Virus record (IMG/VR): IMGVR_UViG_2541047945_000006
DNA from: a virus
Taxonomy: Duplodnaviria > Heunggongvirae > Uroviricota > Caudoviricetes
Strand: one strand, 5' to 3'
DNA: 33,563 nucleotides
Positions 1 to 7,690 of this stretch are shown here, piece by piece (within the stretch, counting starts at the first letter, position 1; every line of letters starts with the position of its first letter). A program made the position numbers and the translations under genes. Below the pieces are notes generated by a model. The model was not told the origin of the DNA. It made no database searches and worked only from the letters and a program-made list of their open reading frames with translations.

Positions 1-1074
1 TCATTTGTCGATTTCAATTTTGTCCCATTCCCGTCCACGGCTGTCCCTATACCGCGCCGCCATTGAGTCTGATTTATGCCCGAGAAGACGTTGAGCAAAC
101 TTATCGCCAATCTGGTTCCGGTATAGCCTCGCTGACAGGCTACGCAGTTCATGGAATGTTGGCGGGTTTCCATCAAATGAGAGTCCAGATGCATTTCTCG
201 CCTTTGTAAAATACTTTGATACTGTTTTCGGGGAAAGCGGATCGTGATGCTTTGATGCGATTATAGTTTCACTGCTGCTGGCCTCCCTGCATTTCTGTAG
301 TGTATCAGCCAATGAGATATTGAGCGCGTCAATCGTTAGCGTTAGCGGAATGGCGAGTTTAGCCCCTGTTTTACTCTGTTCAATGTGAAGATGGTTGTCG
401 TTTATGTCTGACCATTTCATTCTGCACAAATCGCCGACTCTCTGCCCTGTAACGACGGCCAAATCCATCGCCAGCCTTAGCCAGATAGGGAGAGGTTCGG
501 CTGCATGGTAAATCTCGACATACTCATTAGCTGTCAGCCTTGAGCGCCTTACTTCTGACTTTGCTGTACGGGTTGCTGTTACCGGATTCGTTGCCACATG
601 CCCATCGGCTATTGCTTCACGAAAAACGTCAACAAGGGTTGACCTGATTAATTTTGCGGAAGCTGCTTTACCTTCTGCTACGTAGGTGTTTAGCATTGCT
701 GCCACTTCTTTCGTTGATATGTCAGTGAGCGGTTTGTCCGGCAATTTTCTTCGGATTGCCCTGATTTTGCTGGCGTAGTCGAGTAGAGTTTTCGGCCTGA
801 TCCCCCTTTCGGTGAGGATTCTTTCATATCGGTCAAGCCACACATGAAGAGTGATTGCGTCACCGCCTTTAATTCTGTCTATCAGTGATTTGCGTCCGCT
901 GTCTGAGAGTAACTCAATATTGGCCTGTATTGCTTCAGTAATTGCTATCCTCCTGTCTCTGCCTAATCCGAACTCTTTACCCGTCCTTGGGTCCCTGTAG
1001 CAGTAATATCCATTGTTTCTTATATAAAGGTTAGGGGGTAAATCCCGGCGCTCATGACTTCGCCTTCTTCCCAT
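1..1074 (-). CDS. int: Tyrosine site-specific integrase (lambda Int-like)
   Basis: 357-aa ORF, ATG at 1072-1074; closely matches lambda Int as I recall it (MGRRRSHERRDLPPNLYIRNNGYYCYRDP... HELRSLSARLY ... REWDKIEI). Stop codon is at window positions 1-3, so the att site lies outside the window. Confidence 0.93.
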   Translation of the reverse strand: MGRRRSHERRDLPPNLYIRNNGYYCYRDPRTGKEFGLGRDRRIAITEAIQANIELLSDSGRKSLIDRIKGGDAITLHVWLDRYERILTERGIRPKTLLDYASKIRAIRRKLPDKPLTDISTKEVAAMLNTYVAEGKAASAKLIRSTLVDVFREAIADGHVATNPVTATRTAKSEVRRSRLTANEYVEIYHAAEPLPIWLRLAMDLAVVTGQRVGDLCRMKWSDINDNHLHIEQSKTGAKLAIPLTLTIDALNISLADTLQKCREASSSETIIASKHHDPLSPKTVSKYFTKARNASGLSFDGNPPTFHELRSLSARLYRNQIGDKFAQRLLGHKSDSMAARYRDSRGREWDKIEIDK

Positions 1075-1270
1075 TTCTGATCCTCTTCAAAAGGCTACCT
1101 GTTACTGGTCGATTTAAGTCAACCTTTACCGCTGATTCGTGGAAAAGATACTCTCTTCCATCCTTAACCGGAGGAGGGAATATCCTGCACTCGCGTACCC
1201 ATCGACGAACTGTTTCAAGGCTTCTTGGGCGCCGCTGGCGTGCGTTCCACTCCTGAAGTGTTAAGTACAT
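1052..1270 (-). CDS. xis: Excisionase
   Basis: 72-aa ORF overlapping the int start; near-identical to lambda Xis from memory (MYLTLQEWNARQRRPRSLETVRRWVRECRIFPPPVKDGREYLFHESAVKVDLNRP...). Confidence 0.9.
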   Translation of the reverse strand: MYLTLQEWNARQRRPRSLETVRRWVRECRIFPPPVKDGREYLFHESAVKVDLNRPVTGSLLKRIRNGKKAKS

Positions 1271-1292
1271 CGCAAAGTCTCCGCAATTACAC

Positions 1293-1320
1293 GCAAGAAA
1301 AAGCCGCCATCAGGCGGCTT
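1293..1320 (-). terminator. Putative intrinsic terminator (GCCGCC-TGAT-GGCGGC hairpin followed by TTTTTCTT on the minus strand)
   Basis: Hairpin and U-run read directly on the minus strand; it overlaps the stop codon of the small ORF 1310-1477. Confidence 0.45.
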
Positions 1321-1477
1321 GGTGTTCTTTCAGTTCTTCAATTCGAATATTGGTTACGTCTGCATGTGCTATCTGCGCCCATATCATCCAGTGGTCATAG
1401 CAGTCGTTGATGTTCTCGGCTTCGATAACTCTGTTGAATGGTTCTCCATTCCATTCACCTGTGACTCGGAAGTGCAT
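1310..1477 (-). CDS. Hypothetical small protein (55 aa)
   Basis: Manual ORF (MHFRVTGEWNGEPFNRVIEAENINDCYDHWMIWAQIAHADVTNIRIEELKEHQAA), below the track length cutoff; ATG preceded by GGAG at about 8 nt. Confidence 0.4.
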   Translation of the reverse strand: MHFRVTGEWNGEPFNRVIEAENINDCYDHWMIWAQIAHADVTNIRIEELKEHQAA

Positions 1478-1487
1478 TTATCATCTC

Positions 1488-1515
1488 CATAAAACAAAAC
1501 TCGCCGTAGCGAGTT
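1488..1515 (-). terminator. Putative intrinsic terminator (AACTCGC-TACG-GCGAGTT hairpin plus U-rich tract on the minus strand)
   Basis: Inverted repeat 1498-1515 with A-rich plus-strand tract 1491-1497 (U-run on minus). Confidence 0.4.
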
Positions 1516-1635
1516 CAGATAAAAGAAATCCCCGCGAGTTCGAGGATTGTTATTGTCTTTGCTTCGTGCATTTGTCGCACTTTCAGCACCATCCAGATAG
1601 GCACATCCGTCCGCAATTAACACATATAGGCCACA

Positions 1636-1914
1636 TCATTTTTCCTCTTTTGGTTTATGAATCTGAATGGTCATGCCGCTTTGAGTGGTGACTACAACGA
1701 CAGAACCAGGCTGAAGACTGTTAAGATTGAATGCTTCGTAAAACGAATCCAAGGCCAGCGCTTTTTTATTCTTTCGGTTCCACCAACGCCATCCCTTGCT
1801 ACAGGCTACACTGACAATCCACTGCCCACTCCTGTAAGCCATATAAAACCAGATGAGCAAAACCTGAAGGAATGCTATCCAGTCAATAATCGTATATTTC
1901 GCGAAGGAGTCCAT
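1636..1914 (-). CDS. Hypothetical small hydrophobic protein
   Basis: ATG at 1912-1914 overlapping the stop of the upstream gene (TGATG) with AGGAGG 7 nt upstream; hydrophobic N-terminal half (IIDWIAFLQVLLIWFYMAY). Track ORF begins one codon earlier at a TTG. Confidence 0.55.
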   Translation of the reverse strand: MDSFAKYTIIDWIAFLQVLLIWFYMAYRSGQWIVSVACSKGWRWWNRKNKKALALDSFYEAFNLNSLQPGSVVVVTTQSGMTIQIHKPKEEK

Positions 1915-2819
1915 CAATTAACCTCCTGCGGCGGTTCCGGTAGCGGCATCCAGTGAGTTGCTTGCTCAATACCATTACCCGACTTAATCGTTGCATCTCC
2001 GCGCCGAAAAGTGCTTCCGGTATAGCGTGCGGAGCATATTAGCGGTTCAACCAGAGAGCTATCGAAATTCACCGAAATGAGCACGTTCTGATTCTTCTCA
2101 GGCATTCGCTCACTACAGCTTATCCAACTATCCGGAGTTACCGGATAGTTGCCCGATAGTGCATTCTGCTCCAGTGATGCTTTTACAAACCACGCTGCCT
2201 GAACTATAACGCCATGAATCCAGCGCAAATCAGCATCGCGATCTTTCTTTTTCATCTTTTCGCCACTTAAGGCCTTGCTTATGTGGCTGCGTACCAGGTC
2301 TTCATGTAATTCCTTCGTCTCCTCAATGGTGAAACCACCAGGCAGAAGAGCCGGAGTTACCGGAGAGCTGGTTGACGCTTCCGGGATTTCCCGAAAATTA
2401 TTGGTTGACGAATTCTTGCTTTCCCGAAAGTTTCCGGACTGAAGCATGGCGGTGCGGCAGGCGTTCCATATTTCGGCAGCAATATCGCGCTCGCTATCGG
2501 TTAATTTGTACGTGGAAACATAGCCAGAGAGCATTTCTACGTTTTCCGGAGTTGCTTCTTCCGGCACTACCGGCGCTGGCGGGGCGATGCGTCCAAGCAA
2601 CTTATTTACCTCTTTCGCCATCGCGTCATATTTATCTAAATGGCGATTAGCTTCTAAGCAGACTCGGCGCATCTGATCTGAGTTAACTCGTTTAACTGGA
2701 TCTGCTTCCAGCGATGCCAGCGCAATCCGTGCCAGTTCCATTTGTTCACCACGGGTAAGCCCGTTTTCAAGCGGATTTTTAATGAACAATTCAATACGTT
2801 CTTTGGTAATAGTGGTCAT
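1914..2819 (-). CDS. Phage protein with C-terminal DUF551-like region
   Basis: 301-aa ORF, AAGGAG SD 7 nt upstream; C-terminal W...SERMPE...HWMPLPEPP pattern recalls DUF551 proteins common in the accessory region of lambdoid prophages. Confidence 0.7.
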   Translation of the reverse strand: MTTITKERIELFIKNPLENGLTRGEQMELARIALASLEADPVKRVNSDQMRRVCLEANRHLDKYDAMAKEVNKLLGRIAPPAPVVPEEATPENVEMLSGYVSTYKLTDSERDIAAEIWNACRTAMLQSGNFRESKNSSTNNFREIPEASTSSPVTPALLPGGFTIEETKELHEDLVRSHISKALSGEKMKKKDRDADLRWIHGVIVQAAWFVKASLEQNALSGNYPVTPDSWISCSERMPEKNQNVLISVNFDSSLVEPLICSARYTGSTFRRGDATIKSGNGIEQATHWMPLPEPPQEVN

Positions 2820-2829
2820 GTGTTACTCC

Positions 2830-3093
2830 TTAACCCGCAGTGCTTTCAACTGATGAGGGGAACAAAATCTTTTCATCAAACCCTGCATTCATATCATGAA
2901 CAGCAACACACCAATCCATCGACGAACGATTATCAAGAGCCTCCATGATTTCATCCATGCGGCGTAGGTCATACAGGTAAATGCTTTTATCGCCAATGGT
3001 GTAAAAGCCAATTTTTTTCGGTGATGGACAGCGATCAAGAACGTCCTGTAATTCGCTCAACCATGCTTGTTCTTTTTTTGTCAAAGTTGCCAT
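2830..3093 (-). CDS. Hypothetical protein (87 aa)
   Basis: ATG at 3091-3093 with AAGGAG SD; tightly packed in the leftward operon. Confidence 0.55.
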   Translation of the reverse strand: MATLTKKEQAWLSELQDVLDRCPSPKKIGFYTIGDKSIYLYDLRRMDEIMEALDNRSSMDWCVAVHDMNAGFDEKILFPSSVESTAG

Positions 3094-3094
3094 A

Positions 3095-3619
3095 TCACTC
3101 TCCTTTGATGCGAATGCCAGTGGTACTCATTCTCCTGATTTCCCAGAGCACACGAGGAACACCACCGTTTCCGACCGGATCGCGTTTACTCCGCAGGGCG
3201 ACGCTTGATTCCGCCCAGCTTTTTCTTGGAGGAAGCTCTTTCACACGAACAAAACCAGCTGCGCGGAGAGATGCTCCTGATTCATCTGCCTGGGTGTACG
3301 TAATGCAACGTTGATAACCCATAGCCTTTGCTGCCCGCCAGACTTTACGTAAAAAATCGCAGATATAGCCCTTCATTTTTTCGTGCCAATCTCGATCATT
3401 CCCATTGCACCAACCATCAGGTGGAGTCCAGTTTTCTATCAGAGCAGCCATTTTCTTTGCTTTCGCCGGAGTAGCTGTTGCGGTATCGCAGTAATGACGA
3501 GTGTCAACCAACGTATCCATACCATCGATATCAAGTACGCAAAACCATGTGTGATTCGGCATTTCAACAGATGGTATTTGTTGCCCACGTCGACGTTTAT
3601 CAATAAGACATACACTCAC
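3095..3619 (-). CDS. Hypothetical phage protein; possibly Mom-like GNAT-fold DNA-modification protein
   Basis: 174-aa ORF with GTG start preceded by AAGGAGG; motif CITYTQADESGASLRAAGF resembles what I recall of Mom-family acyltransferase-like proteins. Family assignment is tentative. Confidence 0.6.
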   Translation of the reverse strand: MSVCLIDKRRRGQQIPSVEMPNHTWFCVLDIDGMDTLVDTRHYCDTATATPAKAKKMAALIENWTPPDGWCNGNDRDWHEKMKGYICDFLRKVWRAAKAMGYQRCITYTQADESGASLRAAGFVRVKELPPRKSWAESSVALRSKRDPVGNGGVPRVLWEIRRMSTTGIRIKGE

Positions 3620-3636
3620 TGCTTGCCTCCTTTACG

Positions 3637-3783
3637 CTACATCGCATTCAGATATTTGTTTTGATTCACTGATGGAAAAGAATTTCTCTTAAGCAACTCC
3701 TCTCTCGATGGCATTGGCTTTACGCGTTGGCTAATAATCATTTCTGCCGGAAGAATGCCGGGATTGTATGCAAGTCCTCTCAT
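3637..3783 (-). CDS. Hypothetical small protein (48 aa)
   Basis: Internal ATG of track ORF 3637-3933, preceded by GAGGA; lies 10 nt after the stop of the upstream ORF. Confidence 0.3.
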   Translation of the reverse strand: MRGLAYNPGILPAEMIISQRVKPMPSREELLKRNSFPSVNQNKYLNAM

Positions 3784-3793
3784 GGTAAATTCC

Positions 3794-4087
3794 TCAGTCA
3801 TTACTGATAGCGCCATAGCGTGAGCGGTAATTACGCAGGCGAGGGTCAATTTCAGGGAAGTGGGTATATGTGGCTTTGCGGAATGGTCGGATTGATGTCT
3901 GGTAAATTCGCTCGCGTTCTTCTTTCTCTGCAAGCCATATACAGTGGCGAAATTCCTTTTCCTCTTTCGTTTCCTGCGGTAGAGACATTATTCGATCGTA
4001 GTTTTTTCTGAATTTATCCAGCACCTCCGATACGGAATTGCCGGAACAGCGGCGTGGGTCATCCGCACCATACAGAGGCGCTGGCAT
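3794..4087 (-). CDS. Hypothetical protein (97 aa)
   Basis: ATG at 4085-4087 with AAGGA SD; fits the operon packing between ssb and downstream genes. Confidence 0.5.
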   Translation of the reverse strand: MPAPLYGADDPRRCSGNSVSEVLDKFRKNYDRIMSLPQETKEEKEFRHCIWLAEKEERERIYQTSIRPFRKATYTHFPEIDPRLRNYRSRYGAISND

Positions 4088-4110
4088 AATGGAATCCTTA
4101 TGTTGCTACT

Positions 4111-4494
4111 TTAGAAGGGAATTGAATCGTCGTATTCAGGATGATTTTGATGATTGCTACTTTGCTGCTGTTGGCTGTTTCCTGAAGTTGCAAATCCAAT
4201 CTTTGCATTCAGTAATTCAAGAGTGATTGATTGACCATTTTGCCCCTGATAAACATCAACCCTGATGTTTTCTCCGGTAATTTCCACAATGCCACCTTCA
4301 ACAAGAACACTACGGTAGTAATCCGCTTGCGCTCCCGGCTTGGCAAATACAACGGCGCTGTAGTTTGTCCATTCTTTCTTTTTTGTCTGGCGATCGTAAT
4401 ACTGAACGCCAGCACGGATGTTGAATCCGATATTTTCCCCGGCCTGAAACTCTCTTGCGGGCTTGTTTAGTCTTACAGTAATCGAATGTGCCAT
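4111..4494 (-). CDS. ssb: Single-stranded DNA-binding protein (phage SSB)
   Basis: OB-fold-like protein ending in the acidic SSB tail DDSIPF; start taken at the internal ATG (MAHSITVRLNK) that overlaps the erf stop (TAATG) rather than the track's upstream start at 4584. Confidence 0.82.
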   Translation of the reverse strand: MAHSITVRLNKPAREFQAGENIGFNIRAGVQYYDRQTKKKEWTNYSAVVFAKPGAQADYYRSVLVEGGIVEITGENIRVDVYQGQNGQSITLELLNAKIGFATSGNSQQQQSSNHQNHPEYDDSIPF

Positions 4495-5099
4495 TAAGCA
4501 GCCGCTCCTTCTAATTCGTCTCGTCTGATGTTGTAAACGTCCTGCGCTTTGTGCTGCTCCGGTGTGCCTTCGAGCATCTTCCACGCTTTGGCGAACGCCT
4601 GTTTAAGCTCTTCTACGGTGTTTTTCTGCATTGCTGCGTCAGTGAATGCCTTTAAAACCTGTTCAGGTGTAGGTGATGGCTTTGATTGCTTTGCTGCTGC
4701 GTTCTGCTGATGTTTATGCTCGTCTGTATCTGCATCTTTCGCATCATCTATGCCGAACAAACCATTGAGGCAATACTTGCGTGCATAAGAGCTTGTAGCT
4801 CCAGTAACTTGTGCAGAATCCATTCCTTTCTTGCTTTCTTCCTCTCGTGCAAGGGCGGTTGCCGTATGACTGTTTTCGCCATCGGTAATAGTTGCCGTGG
4901 CTTTCACGTAATACCGATCACCAATCAACACAACTTCATCGCTGATTGATAAAAACAGGCCATTCAGTAGCGGCTTAACGCCTTCAAGAATGTCTTCGCA
5001 GCTTCTGTATTTATATTTACCGAATGAGTTGTACTGATTCTTTGGCGCGTTCAGATTCTCCTGAATAGCTGCCAGTCTTGCGTAAAATTCTTTGCTCAT
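4494..5099 (-). CDS. erf: Single-strand annealing recombinase, Erf family
   Basis: Closely resembles P22 Erf as I recall it (MSKEFYARLA.IQE.LNAPKNQYNSFGKYKYRSCEDILEGVKPLL...). The track ORF starts at a TTG (5129); the first ATG is at 5097-5099. Confidence 0.8.
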   Translation of the reverse strand: MSKEFYARLAAIQENLNAPKNQYNSFGKYKYRSCEDILEGVKPLLNGLFLSISDEVVLIGDRYYVKATATITDGENSHTATALAREEESKKGMDSAQVTGATSSYARKYCLNGLFGIDDAKDADTDEHKHQQNAAAKQSKPSPTPEQVLKAFTDAAMQKNTVEELKQAFAKAWKMLEGTPEQHKAQDVYNIRRDELEGAAA

Positions 5100-5109
5100 A
5101 TGATTGTTC

Positions 5110-5280
5110 TCAGAATGGACATGGCCCAAGTAAATAACGCTGATTTAATACTTCAGTCTTTGCCGCATTTAAAAATACGCGAACACCTTCACGATCTCCC
5201 TTCTGGCGATACATTAACGCCTGCTGCGTGTACATGCGTCTCTGTAACTTGCTCTCCTTCACTGTGGTTGCAAGTGACAT
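5110..5280 (-). CDS. Hypothetical small protein (56 aa), kil/arf position
   Basis: ATG at 5278-5280 preceded by a strong AAGGAG SD; overlaps the alternative ORF 5189-5359 in another frame. Confidence 0.4.
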   Translation of the reverse strand: MSLATTVKESKLQRRMYTQQALMYRQKGDREGVRVFLNAAKTEVLNQRYLLGPCPF

Positions 5281-5359
5281 GAATATCTCCTTCATTACCG
5301 ATTAATTCTTTCATCTGACGAATGAATTCTTCGTCTGACCAGTTATCTGCAAAACTCAT
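5189..5359 (-). CDS. Hypothetical small protein (56 aa) translationally coupled to cIII
   Basis: ATG at 5357-5359 overlaps the cIII stop (ATGA); overlaps ORF 5110-5280 in a different frame, so one of the two may be spurious. Confidence 0.4.
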   Translation of the reverse strand: MSFADNWSDEEFIRQMKELIGNEGDIHVTCNHSEGEQVTETHVHAAGVNVSPEGRS

Positions 5360-5526
5360 GGACGGCCTTGTTGTTTCAAAATATCCCAAAGCTTTTCGAG
5401 CAAGCTTTTCATTCTTGGTTGTTTAAAGTCTGCTCCGGTTAAAATATTTTTTCGTGAATGCTGCACCGATAAAATCGGGTTGAAAGGGCGAACCGATGCC
5501 GCCCCTGCAATAGCGAACTGTTGCAT
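5356..5526 (-). CDS. cIII: CIII-like regulator (FtsH inhibitor that stabilises CII)
   Basis: 56-aa ORF (MQQFAIAGAASVRP...SLLEKLWDILKQQGRP) resembling lambda CIII (MQYAIAG...LIDILNQPG); AAGGAG SD 8 nt upstream. Confidence 0.7.
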   Translation of the reverse strand: MQQFAIAGAASVRPFNPILSVQHSRKNILTGADFKQPRMKSLLEKLWDILKQQGRP

Positions 5527-5590
5527 AGGATGCTCCTTCTGTTTGATTGCATAACGAAAACGCCTCAAGTGAAGCGTTATTGGTATGAAT

Positions 5591-5616
5591 ATAAAAAAGC
5601 CCTCACATCGGAGGGC
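5591..5616 (-). terminator. Putative intrinsic terminator in the pL operon (GCCCTC-CGATGT-GAGGGC plus UUUUUU)
   Basis: Hairpin 5599-5616 followed on the minus strand by a U-run; located 65 nt upstream of cIII. Confidence 0.5.
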
Positions 5617-5732
5617 AAAGAAGATTTCCAATAATCAGAACAAGTCGGCTCCTGTTTAGTTACGAGCGACATTGCTCCGTGTATTCACTCGTTGGAATGA
5701 ATACACAGTGCAGTGTTTATTCTGTTGTTTAT

Positions 5733-5761
5733 GCTAAAAATAAAGGCCGACTATGCGGCCT
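5733..5761 (-). terminator. Putative intrinsic terminator overlapping the stop of the 207-aa gene
   Basis: AGGCCG-CATAGT-CGGCCT hairpin followed by UUUAUUUUU on the minus strand. Confidence 0.45.
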
Positions 5762-6374
5762 CGGAAGGAAGTCCAATCATCTTATTCAAATCTTCTACCC
5801 GTAAAGCAGGAAGTGCTGTACTTGCTTTATCTGCTTCTTTTGGTAGCAATTCTTTGCTTTCAGGCCAAACTTCAATAAGTCGCTTAACTGTTGTGACTGA
5901 GTTCAAAGCAGCCCATACATTTGATTCGATATCCTTTTTCTTGGCTTCAAGTTTTTGTTGCAATGCGCAGATTTCATCAAACCTTTTTGTTATTTCGTGC
6001 TCTGCGTCAAACATGCATTTATCTTTGGTCGGAGTAGGGAGCAATATATCTTCGCCGTTGCCGTCTTTCCCATATGAATGCCATCCAACCCTTCTGCCAG
6101 ATACAGTCAGATAAATTGAAGTAGAACGAACATCGTATGAGTAAAATGAACATCCCAGTTTTTCAAGTTCTTCACTTATAGCTACTAACTTGGAATATAA
6201 ATGATCCACTTCCTCAGTTTTCTTTTTACCGCCAAACGCAATAACTCTGGCGTCAAGTGCAAGCTGGTTCTTTAACTTTGTTACTTCTTCAAGTTCAGTG
6301 AAAACCCCAGACTTAATTAAAGCGTTACGAGCGATTTCCTCTTTCATTCTCGTAGTTAAGCGGATTGATGACAT
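5751..6374 (-). CDS. Hypothetical protein (207 aa) in the pL operon between N/sieB and cIII
   Basis: ATG at 6372-6374 with GAGAGGAA SD; charged, coiled-coil-like N-terminus; no family recognised. Confidence 0.65.
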   Translation of the reverse strand: MSSIRLTTRMKEEIARNALIKSGVFTELEEVTKLKNQLALDARVIAFGGKKKTEEVDHLYSKLVAISEELEKLGCSFYSYDVRSTSIYLTVSGRRVGWHSYGKDGNGEDILLPTPTKDKCMFDAEHEITKRFDEICALQQKLEAKKKDIESNVWAALNSVTTVKRLIEVWPESKELLPKEADKASTALPALRVEDLNKMIGLPSEAA

Positions 6375-6385
6375 ATTAATTCCTC

Positions 6386-6589
6386 TCAAATAAGTGGTTT
6401 GCTGCCTAATTTCATTTTCTGGCGACCAACACAAGTCACCCCCATTTCACTGCGTGGCTTGCGGTAGTAAAGATTGTGCCTGTCTTTTAACCACATCAGG
6501 CTCGGTGGTTCTCGTGTACCCCTACAGCGAGAAATCGGATAAACTCTATTCACCCCTACAGAGAGCAAAAGAGAAACGCCGATGAACAA
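6386..6589 (-). other. ORF whose C-terminus resembles the lambda N C-terminus (possible N gene remnant)
   Basis: 67-aa track ORF ending ...YYRKPRSEMGVTCVGRQKMKLGSKPLI, which resembles the lambda N end (...WYSKPGERGITCSGRQKIKGKSIPLI) as I recall it; it lacks an arginine-rich motif. Confidence 0.4.
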
Positions 6590-7163
6590 CTCATGGTGGC
6601 AGGAACTAATGCATTTTTTCCTGCAAGGAATGACACTTAAACAGTTGATTCATATGCTAATCATCCTGATCATATTGATTATTGTTATGCCGGTAAGCGT
6701 AAAAGAATGGATAAACCTGCATAATCCAGAAATCCTTCCTCATTACTGGATGTATTACATCCTGTTGTTTTGCGTTAGCTATGTGCTTAACGGCGTTGTT
6801 AATTCCGCTTATCACGCTGTGACTGAAAGAATTGAGGTATTCGCTGCTCAGAAGCGCAAATCTAAAGAAGAGAAATACGTGCAAGATTTGTTTGATTCGT
6901 TAACTCTTGGAGAAAGAGCGTATTTGGCACTCGCTGTAGTCGCTAATAACCAGCTACAAACGGAAAAGGGAAGCCCTGAAGCAATCTCATTGCTCGAAAA
7001 AGGGCTTCTTATTCGGATACCTTCTGCTACTGGATATCCTGAAATCGACCGTTTTGTTATCCCAGAACGCTATAGAAATGAGTGCTACATTAGGTTTGCT
7101 GGGAAGAAAGACAGTCTTATGGATGAACTTATCGCTCAGGATAAGCACGGCAAAAACAAGTAA
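6582..7163 (+). CDS. sieB: Superinfection exclusion protein B
   Basis: 193-aa protein closely matching lambda/P22 SieB from memory (MNNSWWQELM.FFLQGMTLKQLIHMLIILI...); hydrophobic N-terminal region; convergent with N. Confidence 0.82.
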   Translation: MNNSWWQELMHFFLQGMTLKQLIHMLIILIILIIVMPVSVKEWINLHNPEILPHYWMYYILLFCVSYVLNGVVNSAYHAVTERIEVFAAQKRKSKEEKYVQDLFDSLTLGERAYLALAVVANNQLQTEKGSPEAISLLEKGLLIRIPSATGYPEIDRFVIPERYRNECYIRFAGKKDSLMDELIAQDKHGKNK

Positions 7164-7179
7164 TTAGCAAATTAATTTA

Positions 7180-7452
7180 TCATCTTGCTGTCAGTTGTTT
7201 TGATTTCCGATAGCCTGCCGCGTAAAGAGCTACATTTGGAAGACAAGTTGAGCCTTCATATTTTCTGGTCAACGTTGTCAGTGTTATTACTTCTGCTCTC
7301 ATTGCTGGTTTGCGCTTGCATTGCAAGACCACTCGTGAAGGGGTTGGCCTGTGTAGCTTGTCGGAGCTGATCGCCTCCTGACTTTGCAGATTTGCACGAC
7401 GAGCTCTACGGCGAGAAGCTGCGGTGCCTTTAAATTCTGTTTTTCTGGACAT
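7180..7452 (-). CDS. N: N-type transcription antiterminator with arginine-rich motif
   Basis: 90-aa ORF from ATG 7450-7452 (GGGAGGAA SD); N-terminal arginine-rich motif KGTAASRRRARRANLQ resembles phi21/P22 N; sits immediately downstream of a boxA/boxB nutL site. Confidence 0.7.
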   Translation of the reverse strand: MSRKTEFKGTAASRRRARRANLQSQEAISSDKLHRPTPSRVVLQCKRKPAMRAEVITLTTLTRKYEGSTCLPNVALYAAGYRKSKQLTAR

Positions 7453-7550
7453 AGATTCCTCCCGAATAAACTTTGGCGATGCAATCTCGAAGCCCCTCCT
7501 GAGACGGTTGCTTCGGCATTGCATCCCACAGCTTATGTGGTTGGGTGATC

Positions 7551-7596
7551 TGGCTTTTCAGCCACGTAGTCGAGTGTTCGACGTTGTTTAAAGAGC
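7551..7596 (-). promoter_or_regulatory. nutL: nutL-like site (boxA GCTCTTTAAACAA and boxB hairpin TGGC-TGAAAA-GCCA)
   Basis: Read on the minus strand between the pL candidate and N; boxA resembles the CGCTCTT(T)A consensus and boxB matches the nutR boxB loop at 10119-10132. Confidence 0.55.
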
Positions 7597-7642
7597 CTGC
7601 CAGTCTGTTCCGTTTGGCTTACAGCGTCCTGCTGATGAGTTA

Positions 7643-7690
7643 ACTTTATCGAAATGATAAATTAATGGCAATAGCAAAATGATAAATTGT
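7643..7690 (-). promoter_or_regulatory. OL operators and candidate pL (-35 TTGCCA, 17-bp spacer, -10 TAAAGT on minus)
   Basis: 17-bp palindrome TTTATCGAAATGATAAA at 7645-7661 and direct repeats AAATGATAAATT at 7652-7663 and 7677-7688; same GATAAA half-sites and -10 TAAAGT as in the OR region. Confidence 0.5.

Noticed and set aside
1384-1623. 79-aa minus-strand ORF
   Set aside because: Overlaps the better-supported small ORF 1310-1477 and a terminator hairpin; no SD; low-complexity sequence.
4494-4584. Long N-terminal extension of the SSB ORF (track start at 4584)
   Set aside because: The extension overlaps the erf coding region and is Arg-rich; the internal ATG at 4492-4494 gives a canonical SSB and is coupled to the erf stop.
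5100-5129. Track start of erf at 5129
   Set aside because: The codon at 5127-5129 is TTG; the first ATG (5097-5099) yields the MSKEFYARL N-terminus expected for Erf.
7299-7529. 76-aa minus-strand ORF and the 114-aa extended form of N
   Set aside because: Alternative frame or upstream extension across the N start region; the ATG at 7450-7452 with a GGGAGG SD directly downstream of nutL is the coherent N start.
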